From positions 558,001-622,000 of the forward strand of contig VJWM01000011.1 in NCBI GenBank assembly GCA_010909165.1: a stretch of 64,000 nucleotides of DNA. The letters are read 5' to 3'. Of this stretch, positions 54,200 through 64,000 are shown piece by piece (within the stretch, counting starts at the first letter, position 1; each line of letters begins with the position of its first letter). Made by a program: the position numbers and the translations under genes. The notes below the pieces were generated by a model that worked only from the letters and a program-made list of their open reading frames with translations, searched no databases and was not told where the DNA came from. The stretch comes from Anthoceros angustus. Lineage: Eukaryota; Plantae; Anthocerotophyta.

Positions 54200-55560
54200 A
54201 CCCCACACCCAGTCTCCAAGGTGCAGAGGCAAATCAGAAGCCCACTGCATTATAGCAAGTCCTGCATCCTGACCTCCCGGCCATTTCTAACCCGAAACCT
54301 TCCGGGTCAAACCCAGACGATCGTGCAGCGCTCCACTGCTTTCCTGCAGAGGTTACTCACCCGCTTCACAAACTGTCCTGTGAAGAAGTTGGGGATGCTC
54401 GCTCTCGTGTGGTTCGTCTTCTTTGGCAATCAAGCACTTCGCGACCGAGGTAGCATTTCTGGCCAGGTTACATTTGTTGTCCATTTTTTTGCGAGCCACG
54501 ATCATCCCGGAGCCTCCTGTTGGACGTGGGGGTACGACCCACTCTTTGTATCCAGAGCAGCCACATGCGAGGATCCCTTCCTCCAGCAGCTGTTATCCCA
54601 CAAATCTTTATGTGCTGGGTCCAGACACTCTGTTGCCCTGCGTGCGGGGCCGCCATGCTTCCCAGGAGCATACGATGAGCCTATGGCGCCTGCCTGAACC
54701 CAGATGGACTAATTACACCGCTGATGGTGCCCATATCTGCAACCCTATCGCAGGCATCTCACATGTGCCTGCACCTCGCCAGCACATCCGTTCAATCTAT
54801 GATGGGATACCCGTTTCTGCGATTCCGCACAGGATGCATCAGGCACATGTTGTTGAGCATGATGAATGAACATCCGAACTGTCGACAATCAGGATGTAGC
54901 AGCGCCTTCTGGTGCCATCATGGAGGGCCATGATGGGCCGCTTCATAGGTGGCGCTACACAGCAAAGAGGTCTTGGAGACACTGTTGTATCGTGGATTTG
55001 GGGTGTTCTGATACTCGTGGTAACCTGGCTCTCCATGCTTGCTGCTTGGTGGTGGTCACAACGCCATGGATACATTCGGGATGGCAAGTTCAGTCTGAAG
55101 CAATGTAAAGTTGCTGAACGGCGGTGTGGGCGACGCGATACACATATTTCTACGAGGTATAAGACCGTTAGCGTCGGATTGAGGGTCGCAAACCTGAGGC
55201 CACGGAGGTCTATTCATCAGGGGGTCAGGTGTGATCAAAGATGTGTTAGCCACACTCGTAGGAATGGTGCCTGTCACAAGATTGTCATAGAGGAACAGGT
55301 CTTGGAGAGAGGAGGTAGCCCAGACACTGAGGAATGTCTCGACTGAGATAGTTCTGGGTCAAGTCCATCGAGGTCAGAAGATAGCCATATCCAGGAATTG
55401 TCGCGTGCAGTAAAGACCTGAACAGGACCTTCACTGCCGTCTCAAGCGTGTCGCACTTGGCGCACCTATAGAGAACGGACAAGAGGTCTAGGGCTTGTAC
55501 CAAAACACTGGACCTCTGGACATCTAGACCGTGTAGGCTGTACCTTGAGAGAGCAGGGAT
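54200..55560 (-). mobile_element. Degenerate L1-like LINE remnant
   Basis: Cys/Trp pattern CIRCG..ET..(H)RL..C...WEAWRPR resembling the L1 C-terminal zinc finger; many stops. Confidence 0.4.
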
Positions 55561-55833
55561 GTCCTCGTTGTCGCCTCAAGGCTCCCAAGATCGCGTAAGC
55601 ATTGTACAGAGTGACAATCAGTTAACTATATATACCTATCTGGGATGTCTAGAATGTTAGCTCCTTCACTCCATCTGCCAACCTTGCAATATCCAAATCA
55701 ATTTGCCAGCCTTGCTTTTCTGGACGATTAGCCGTCACCTACTGAAAACGCCACTCAAAAATGGGCGCCATTCTCACGCTTGAAAAGCCGGCAACCCTAC
55801 TGATTCTGGCCGGCGGTAACGCAGCTGATGATT

Positions 55834-56795
55834 CTAAGGGAAGAAGGGCTGCTGGGTGAAAGTAGATTGGACCTGCTGGGAGAAGGCTCCAGCAGGGGCC
55901 TGCTGCTGAGAAAAGGCACCTGAAGCTTGCTGTGAGAATGCAGCCGGAGTCTGCTGAGGGAAAGAGGCAGGAGCCTGCTGCAGGAAAGTGGGAGTAGCAG
56001 TTGGAATAGATGCACCCGGAGAGTTGAAAACAATAGGAAACTTGGTAACCCGAGGCTTGTCTGCCAAGATGTTGCGCTGGACCTTGTCAATCTGAACCTT
56101 TGCAGGTGGATCCTCTCGCAGTTGCTCATCAACGTAGTCAATGTTAACGTAGTATCCAACCTTCAGGAACTCCTGCCCAAGATAAGAACATGTTAACAGC
56201 AAGACTGTAACACCGAGAATGTCTTCCTCTGGAATTTTGTCATGTTGAGGGGGATCTGCCTGCATTATTACAAAAGAGCCATAAGCGGCATGGACACAAG
56301 ACCGACCACCATACCAGAAATCTCTGATTAACCCTATTCTCAAAAACCAAAGTCCTTGTGACTGCTGGCTGCGGAAATAAAGAACCACAGCAGGCAGAGA
56401 AATACCTGGAACACAAAACGGTAATTACCGATGTTGAGCGGACCAACCAGAACACTCTCCAACACCTGGTCATACTTCTCATCCTCGGCTGAGCCTACAT
56501 AGATAAGCTTCCACTCCAAGTCTACAATGCATACAGCAAAGGAATGGGCATGAGACCCCACCAATTCTCCATCACAACAGAAAATATCCTCCACGCCCCA
56601 CAAAACGCCCTCAACAATTTGACCTAAACAATTGCCGTGAATGCCACCAACTCAGCCGAAGGAAAAAGCAAGACACGAACACTCACCATCTTCCAGAGGC
56701 ACGAGACACTCGTATGATATCTCAAACTGGAAAGGATTCTGGAACATCGAAGGGTTGTCCAGCACAGCGACATTGGTGACATTGATAGCACTCAT
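55834..56795 (-). CDS. ASF1: Histone H3/H4 chaperone ASF1, 3 coding exons
   Basis: MSAINVTNVAVLDNP..FQFEISYECL, DLEWKLIYVGSAEDEKYDQVLESVLVGP, GVTVLLLTCSYLGQEF.VGYYVN, RNILADKPRVTKFPI. Confidence 0.96.
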
Positions 56796-58030
56796 CTTGC
56801 CCTCCCAAACAAACCTACTCTACGTAGCGGAAACCAGCTGCGAGTGTCAGGAGAATATGACACCGCTTTGAGTGTTTTAAAGTTAAACACGAAGAGCTCT
56901 TCTGCTGCTGGAGTCGGGATTTGGTATGCTGTTACGAGTCCCGCCACCGCATCCTGCCGTTGAGGCTGTAGCTCCGCTTCTGCCGATGCTGCTGGCCTGC
57001 CCACGCCACTCGCCTCTCAAAAGCCTGCTCGATTTATACGTCCAGTATACAGTATGATGTACTCCTCTCGAGGCTGTGTTGTGCATAGGAATACATATAC
57101 ATAAAGGTGTAGAAATTAGGTCTTTCCGGACAGACTACATCACGGCCAACTGATGAGGAACAGCTCGGAACTGGTTCGTATGGTGCTGGGAACAACAAAG
57201 GGCTCGGTTCCTCGCTCCTCGCATCGGCCTTTTGCGCTTCCGACTTTCCGAATTCTTGGGAAAGCCGGCTGCCGGAAGCACCACTGTCTGCTGTTCGCCT
57301 TGTTCAACTTTCCATCGCTGTGCAGGCGACTCGCTTGTTAGGAGTATCGTTGTTAGGTCTACGGATCCTAAAATGCTTTATTTCTGTTGTCATGTTGTCA
57401 GCAAGAACTCATGAAAACAAGACCAAGATGGGGGTGACTGAGATGAAGTGAAGACTGTGGGGTGACAATTCTAGATTTGAGGTGAAACGCAAAACGTGGC
57501 GGGGCAGGTGTAGAACTTCTTTCAGTTGAACGTTCTGGAACCTGCAGGCTCAACTGCCCAAGAATATCCCGTGCGATTTGCATCCGCTAACCGAGGGTTT
57601 CTATTGAACATCGTAGATGCCTGTCTCCGCTGTTGGTACGAGTGACGAGTCTCGCTGTCGCATCCAGCCATTAAAGGCTGCGCTCTCCATCAGCCATTTT
57701 GCCGATGCTGCTGGAGGCACCCGGCTCACTATTACGTTCGAATATGCAGCTTACAACAGCTTACAACCCGTGTTAGGTGCGCCAGGGAGTGCAACACTCG
57801 TTGAATAAAGTTGGACATGAATGAAGTTGTTGAAGCTCCAAAGGCTAACTGGACGCGCGTCCTTGATGACGTGCATGTAGCTGAGCAAGCAGTGACGGCA
57901 CTGGGTTCCGCAGGGAAAGGGAAATGTGCTTGAATTTGAGAACTGTACACAGTGCCTTCGAATGTCCCGAGTGACAGATCCATTGGACATACACCTAAGC
58001 ATATACGCTCCGCAAGGCGTGCATTCTGGT

Positions 58031-60913
58031 TCAGCCTTGCTTCTCATCCCCAACCAGAAAGCTATGCACCAGACCATTGTTATCCGTCCACCAACTCTGA
58101 CCAGGCTGCTTGACTGCCCTGATTCTTGTCCTCCTCGCCTGAATCTCCTCTGCCTGCTCCCACATCTGGGCACCAATATATATGTTGGACATCAAAATAT
58201 GTGCTGCAACGTCTTCCTCTTCTAGCTTCACTGCTTCACTGAAGGCAGTGCATCCCACCTCCACGTTGCTCCACTTCTGACAAGCACCCAACAAGGTATG
58301 CCAAACTGGAGCATCGGGCAACATAGGCATTGATCTTACCAAAGCTAGGGCTTCATCCAGCTGTCCTGCTCGCCCCAGAAGATCCACCATGCATGTGTAG
58401 TGCTCCTCCGTAGGACTGATGCCATACTCTCTGCTCATAGCCTTAAAGTCCTCCCATCCCCTCTCCACTAGACCCACATGACTGCATACTGTGAGTACAC
58501 TAAGGAATGTGACGCCATCTGGCTGCATGCCATCCTCTTTCATGTTGTGGACCAAGTCGAAGACCACGTCAGTCTCTCCTTGACAACTGTAGCCTGCGAT
58601 CAGCGCATTCCAGGTGACGAGGTTTCTTTCAGGAAGCGCATCAAACACCTGCTGCGCATCAACCATGCTTCCAGACTTTCCGTACATGTTAATTAAACTG
58701 CCAGCCACGAACAGATTGGCTTGAAGGCCTTGTTCTACAATCTGTGCATGTAGTTGCTTTCCCAAACACAAAGCTGCCACATTTGCACATGCCTGCAGGA
58801 GACACACAAACGTCATGGAATCAGGTACAGCCATGCCTTCTTCAAGCATAGCACTGTATACACGAAGGGCTTCCTGACCCATGCCCTGCTTCGAATATCC
58901 TGCTATTAGGGCAGTCCACGTTACAAGATCCTTGTGTAGAAGTTTATCAAACACCATCCGAGCATCTTCCATGCTGCCGCACTTCGCATACATATTCACC
59001 AAACTGCTGGCCACAAACACATCAGCTTCATGCTCTCCTTCTCTTATCTGTGTGTGAAGCTGCTTCCCAAACTCCAGAGCTGAGGTGCCCACGCTTGCAC
59101 ATGCCTGTAGGACGGACACAAATGTAACTCCATTGGGTACAGCGATGTCCTGTTCTCGCATAGCACTGTAGAGACAGAGGGCTTCCTGCCCCATGCCCTG
59201 CTGGGAATACCCTGCTATCATGGCGTTCCACGTCACCACATGTTTTTGACCAAGGCCATCGAACACCCTCTGAGCATCCTCCAAGCTGCCGCACTTTGCG
59301 TACATGTTCACCAAACTGCTAGCTACAAACACATCAGCTTCAAGTCCCTGTTCTCCAATCTGTGCATGAAGCTGCTTTCCCTTCTCCAAGGCCAGGGCCC
59401 CAACACCTGCACATGCCTGTAGGAGGCACACCAACGCCGTGGAATCCAGTACAACAATGCCTTCCTTTTGCATGGCACTGTGAAGACGAAGGGCTTCCTG
59501 CCCCTTGCCTTGCTGAGAATACCCAGCAATCAAGGCAGTCCAAGTCACCACATCTTTTTGACCAAGTTTATCAAAAACTCTCTGAGCGTCTTCCAAGCTG
59601 CCACACTGTGCATACATGTTCACCAAACTGTTGGCTACAAAACCATGGGCTTCACATCCTAGTTCTCTGATGTGTGCATGAAGCAGCTTCCCCTTCTCCA
59701 AAGCTGGAGTGCCCACACTTGCACATGCCTGTAGGAGACACACAAATGTCACAGAATCAGGTTCATGGATGCCTTCTTCAAGCATGGCACTGTAGAGACG
59801 AAGGGCTTCCTTGCCCATGCCCTGCTGGGAATACCCGGCTATCATGGTGGTCCACGTGATCACATCTTTGTGACCAAGCCCGTCAAAGACTCTCTGAGCC
59901 TCTTCCAAGCTGCCACACTTTGCATACATGTCCACCAAGCAGCTGCAAACGAACAAATTAGGCTGAACGCCACTGGCTAACACATCAGCATGCACTTGCT
60001 GCCCAGTTTTCAAGTCTGATCGCCTTGCACAAGCCTGAAGGGCTGCTACGAACACATATCCATCTGGCTTCACACCTGACCTGCGCATCCTATGATACAA
60101 TGCTATCGCCTGCTTGTCTTGTCCATGTTTAATATGCGCAGAGATGACGCCAGACCACGTGAAAGAATCCGGTTCGGCAATGGCTTCAAACGCATCCATC
60201 GCGTCTTGCAACCTTCCATGAGATGCATACATTCGCAGAATGTGGAAGCCCAGGAACGTATCTGACTGGTAGCCCTTTGCCACCGTGCAAGCGTGGACAC
60301 GGCGACCCAGAACAAGATCCTTTTTGACCACACATTTCTTCAGGACATTATACAAGAGAGATTTGGAGATGGAACGGTATGTCTGCACCAGAACCTCCAA
60401 GGCCTCAACAGCCTCAGTGAGACGGCCCTCGTGACACAGCTTGCTCACTTTTTCCGCCGTCACGCCACTATTGTCACCTGCAGGCCTGCGAGAGTCAGGA
60501 TCATCCGGTGACCTCCGGTCGGAGGCACACCCACCCATCCCCATATCCTGATCAGCAAACTGCACATCCATCCAACCCGGCTTGTAGAAGTCGTTCAACC
60601 AGAGGACCTCCTGGGACTGCTTGTGCCGGAAATCAGGCAAACGCACACTCTTCTTCTTACTTTGCCTGTTCCCACGCCCAAATGTTAGGTCCCCAACAAC
60701 TTGTCGCCCACCACCCTCGCTGGTCGCTGTCTCTCCAGCCAAACGAGCTATTGGCTGTCTTGCAATGGTGCCGCATCTCCCGACTTGGTTGTGCGCCAAC
60801 GGTTGGTTCTTCCAAGCCTGCCGAGCTGTAGCTCTTCCTAGAACACTCGTTACCCCAGCAGCCATAGCTCGCAGGAGCGCGTGCGGAGATATGGCAAATT
60901 GCATGAATTTCAA
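58031..60913 (-). CDS. Intact PLS-class PPR protein, E1-E2 plus truncated DYW:WW (E+) C-terminus, with N-terminal degenerate PDF-like motif
   Basis: 960-aa intronless ORF; PLS triplets; HYTCMVDLLGRAG; ends KQPGQSWWTDNNGLVHSFLVGDEKQG*; no HxE/CxxC. Confidence 0.95.
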   Translation of the reverse strand: MKFMQFAISPHALLRAMAAGVTSVLGRATARQAWKNQPLAHNQVGRCGTIARQPIARLAGETATSEGGGRQVVGDLTFGRGNRQSKKKSVRLPDFRHKQSQEVLWLNDFYKPGWMDVQFADQDMGMGGCASDRRSPDDPDSRRPAGDNSGVTAEKVSKLCHEGRLTEAVEALEVLVQTYRSISKSLLYNVLKKCVVKKDLVLGRRVHACTVAKGYQSDTFLGFHILRMYASHGRLQDAMDAFEAIAEPDSFTWSGVISAHIKHGQDKQAIALYHRMRRSGVKPDGYVFVAALQACARRSDLKTGQQVHADVLASGVQPNLFVCSCLVDMYAKCGSLEEAQRVFDGLGHKDVITWTTMIAGYSQQGMGKEALRLYSAMLEEGIHEPDSVTFVCLLQACASVGTPALEKGKLLHAHIRELGCEAHGFVANSLVNMYAQCGSLEDAQRVFDKLGQKDVVTWTALIAGYSQQGKGQEALRLHSAMQKEGIVVLDSTALVCLLQACAGVGALALEKGKQLHAQIGEQGLEADVFVASSLVNMYAKCGSLEDAQRVFDGLGQKHVVTWNAMIAGYSQQGMGQEALCLYSAMREQDIAVPNGVTFVSVLQACASVGTSALEFGKQLHTQIREGEHEADVFVASSLVNMYAKCGSMEDARMVFDKLLHKDLVTWTALIAGYSKQGMGQEALRVYSAMLEEGMAVPDSMTFVCLLQACANVAALCLGKQLHAQIVEQGLQANLFVAGSLINMYGKSGSMVDAQQVFDALPERNLVTWNALIAGYSCQGETDVVFDLVHNMKEDGMQPDGVTFLSVLTVCSHVGLVERGWEDFKAMSREYGISPTEEHYTCMVDLLGRAGQLDEALALVRSMPMLPDAPVWHTLLGACQKWSNVEVGCTAFSEAVKLEEEDVAAHILMSNIYIGAQMWEQAEEIQARRTRIRAVKQPGQSWWTDNNGLVHSFLVGDEKQG

Positions 60914-61231
60914 TCAGCCTCATCAGCGGACATTCAATATCTGTGGAATACATCGACAACCGTGTCACAACACGCATTGTGCTGTAGTTGTGACTTCCAG
61001 CTCCTCCAAAAAAGACGGCTGTATAAGATGGTTGTGGGAGAAGAAGCTGGACTGAAGCATCAGCATCAGATCGTGTGTAGGCGCTTCCTTACCTTTTCCC
61101 ACGCAAGAACTCTAATATAGTTGAACGTGGCCAGTACATATGCATGTATGTACATACATATCTAGCTGCCCAACTCAACTACAGGTCGAGTTAACTAACC
61201 AGCATCCAGGGTAAAAGAGGGGACAGGGTTT

Positions 61232-63216
61232 ATGTCTATGGCAAGGACGAGCACGACAGCAGCAGCAGCGATGGCGTCGCTCGCCTCCTGCTCATCCTTA
61301 TCTGCAACATCCCTAGGGTGAGCAAATGCAGTACCTAGTTGCCGGGCCAATTTTTGTTTCCTTCTGGAATGTGGGTCCAGGGGCTTACAGAATCCGGCTA
61401 CTCTGCATTTCAGTCGTGTCTCAGGGTCCAGAGAGAACGTGGAGACCGGCCGACCTTGGGGGTCAAGGTTCTGTGGGGCGAAGCTTCGTTCCAGACCTGC
61501 ATTTTTCTGTCAGGCATGCCATGGCTTTGACGATGAAGGAAAGCAGACTACACAGAGATGGGCAACTGAGTGGCCGCGCAGACAAGTTATTTTCGGAGGG
61601 GCTTCAGCCTTCCTGGCTCTTGCCAATGTCACAGATTCGGCATCAGCCGAAACTTCAGATGGTCAGTAAGCTTTTGTTCGTTGCACCGGTGGTGTCTGGG
61701 TAATGTGGACTCAGCATGTCTGACGCATTTGATATGCAATGCACGCTGGTTTCTGATCCTTGATCCTCGAACTTATGCTAGGATCTTTGTGGACCTTTCA
61801 GGACCTGTAACTGTGGAACCATCACTTGCTTTGCAGGTTGACGAGCTAAATGCTTGCTCCTATGTGTACCCAACAAGGTCACCTCGGGGCTCTCTGAAAC
61901 TGAACTGGTATACCTCTTTCCGGAACACCATGGGATTGTGCTGTCTATCTCGGAATCCCCCCTTTCTGATGTGAATCTGTTGGATCTCAGGGTTGAATCA
62001 AGAAAGCCAGAGCGATACTCTTCTGCTGCACCCCTGACACGTGAGTTTTGGCTTCACCGCTGGTCTCTCTTCCAGTGGGCTCCGTCTTATGCTGTTTGCG
62101 TGCTGTGGCAATAGCGGATGCTCGTCAACGCATTGTCTCCGAGCGATTTGATTACAAAAACAACGTTGTCATATCTGTTGCGGTGAGTAGGCAGTCCTGC
62201 TGCTGGTGGCGAAATGTTTGGCACCTAAGGTTAGGCAATTTTGTATCTGTCTGATTCCTGTTGCACTGTATTCTGGATTAGGTTGGCCCCCCAAACTTTA
62301 CATTCTTGAAGTCGAAAGACTCGAGCACCTGGGATGCCAAAGATGTTGCTCGTTCGGTTCTCTCTGACAAATCTACTTCGGTATACATGCCTCGTACTCT
62401 CCTCCTGCGTGGCTTTATTTTACAAGGTGGGCTTCAACTAACGCGCCGTTCCACTGTGGCTACAGAGAATGACAAGTGGTCAACGAGTGGTTGAAGTGGC
62501 GATTCTGGATGCACACAGCCAAGTGGTAATCACACTAGACTATTGCCTTCCCTCTGTTGCTATGGTGCTAGGAATTCTATCTTGCTTCACTGCATTGGAA
62601 GCAGGCAGTCCCCTTCTCCTCTCTTTCCCTTTCCGGACCACAGGTTCTATCAGCTCACTAAGGCTGATGTTTCCTCAGATTGATGGCGTGACGTATTGGT
62701 ACTACGAATATCTGACGCAGAAGTCGCCTACAACTGCTGTAAGCTCTGTGGTGGGAAGGAACACTTCGCAACTACTGTGGGCCTGTGTCATTACTTCTTC
62801 CACCTCACCAGAACAATTGTATCTTTGGCAGGTGTACTCTGCAGATGTATACCGGCATTCCCTAGCTGCCAGCGCCGAGAGGGAAGGTCAGCGAAAGTGT
62901 GAACCTAAAGCTGCGAGTTCCGGTTCCTTGTCGCATCAGATTTGCTGATGACTTGTTGGGTGGTATTTGGGTCCAGGCTACTTGTACTCTATAAACGCTT
63001 CCGCCCTTGATACACGATGGAACACAGTACGCTACATTAATCCTTCTACTGCTGAAGTGGGTTCCTGAGTCAGGTGTTTGTGACATGGTCTTGACTGCGT
63101 GATCTCCCCTCTTGCAGATGGGACCTCTGCTGAATCCGTGCGTGGCGTCATTCCGTTTAACGCCCCCGACAGAAGAATATGTCCCACCCTACAAAGACCC
63201 ATGGCGATTTTGGTGA
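61232..63216 (+). CDS. PPD5: PsbP domain-containing protein 5 (thylakoid lumen), multi-exon
   Basis: Twin-Arg RRQVIF signal, WVESRKPERYSSAAPL, DARQRIVSER, AKDVARSVLSDKS, YWYYEYLTQKSPT, C-terminus YVPPYKDPWRFW*. Confidence 0.9.
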
Positions 63217-64000
63217 CACATAGCTAACTTCCTTCACGACCGTCTTCATGAGAAACAGCAATTTTCTTAGAGCAGGTAGTCACCAGCTCATCCATCTAAG
63301 AATTGACCCATCCAACACCATGGAGCTGTGACCTCATGCGTCTCTCGTCATGCGCATCTTCTCTTCGGAGCTAGTTACATGATGCTACTCAGAATCTAGG
63401 AGTTCCTTATCAGCAGGTTGGGTGGTTGTTGGGCCTTGTATTGTCTTAGATGCAAAGGTGTAAGTGACGAAGGTGTAGAAGGCCAGGTTGATGGTACTCA
63501 GCACTACCAGCATCTAGTAGAACCGCAGCAGTGGCAGGTTGACTGTATGCTCAGCCCTTCCAGCATCCAGTAGAACCGCAGGAGAGCAGGACGACGATCC
63601 AGACACTTCGATTGGGTATAGCGAGACAGTTTGCTTCAAGGAATATGAAAAGAAGCATCTGGTTAAAGAAGATCCACGTATGTTCTCAGACGTCCTCTTA
63701 CCTCCCCACCCGGTACGTTGTGACCGGCACGACTCATCTCACCCCTTATAGCCGGTCCCGTCGACACGCTCGGCCTCGTCACCCCCCATCCCTTAAATGG
63801 AAGGCCCAATCTTGGTCCCGGTCCGCAACGCCGTGATCCATGCCTTATGAGTACATTTAGCAGCACCGTGACCGATGTATTATGTAGGGTTCACAAGGGC
63901 TACCAGGGCCGCGGGTCCGTCCGGCGTGTCTGGGCGTCTACCCACGGCTCCGTCGGGCGAATTCGATGTCGAATACGAAACGATGTTTTTCTGAAGTAAG

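Overview
Eukaryotic (plant) nuclear DNA with compact genes and short (~45-170 nt) introns. The PLS-class PPR genes with DYW:KP 'GRP' and 'WW'-type C-termini point to a hornwort such as Anthoceros (inference; ferns and lycophytes also have these clades). Housekeeping genes in order: QPT (-), galactokinase (-), PhyH-type dioxygenase (+), organellar MDAR (+), 2OG-Fe(II) oxygenase (-), ASF1 (-), PPD5 (+). Between GALK and PhyH lies a ~32 kb expanded block. It holds two copies of a PPR-DYW:KP(GRP) gene (candidate U-to-C RNA-editing factor), tandem re-copies of its DYW end, and a nested chromovirus/Copia/CACTA complex. Main observations: (1) all three PPR genes carry an N-terminal motif resembling the OSB-type PDF ssDNA-binding motif; (2) GALK has two equal-length homologous exons for its ATP-binding loop, separated by a 43-nt intron, consistent with mutually exclusive splicing. 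Several tandem duplications and frameshifts may be long-read assembly artefacts. Exon boundaries and repeat ends were read by eye and are approximate unless stated.
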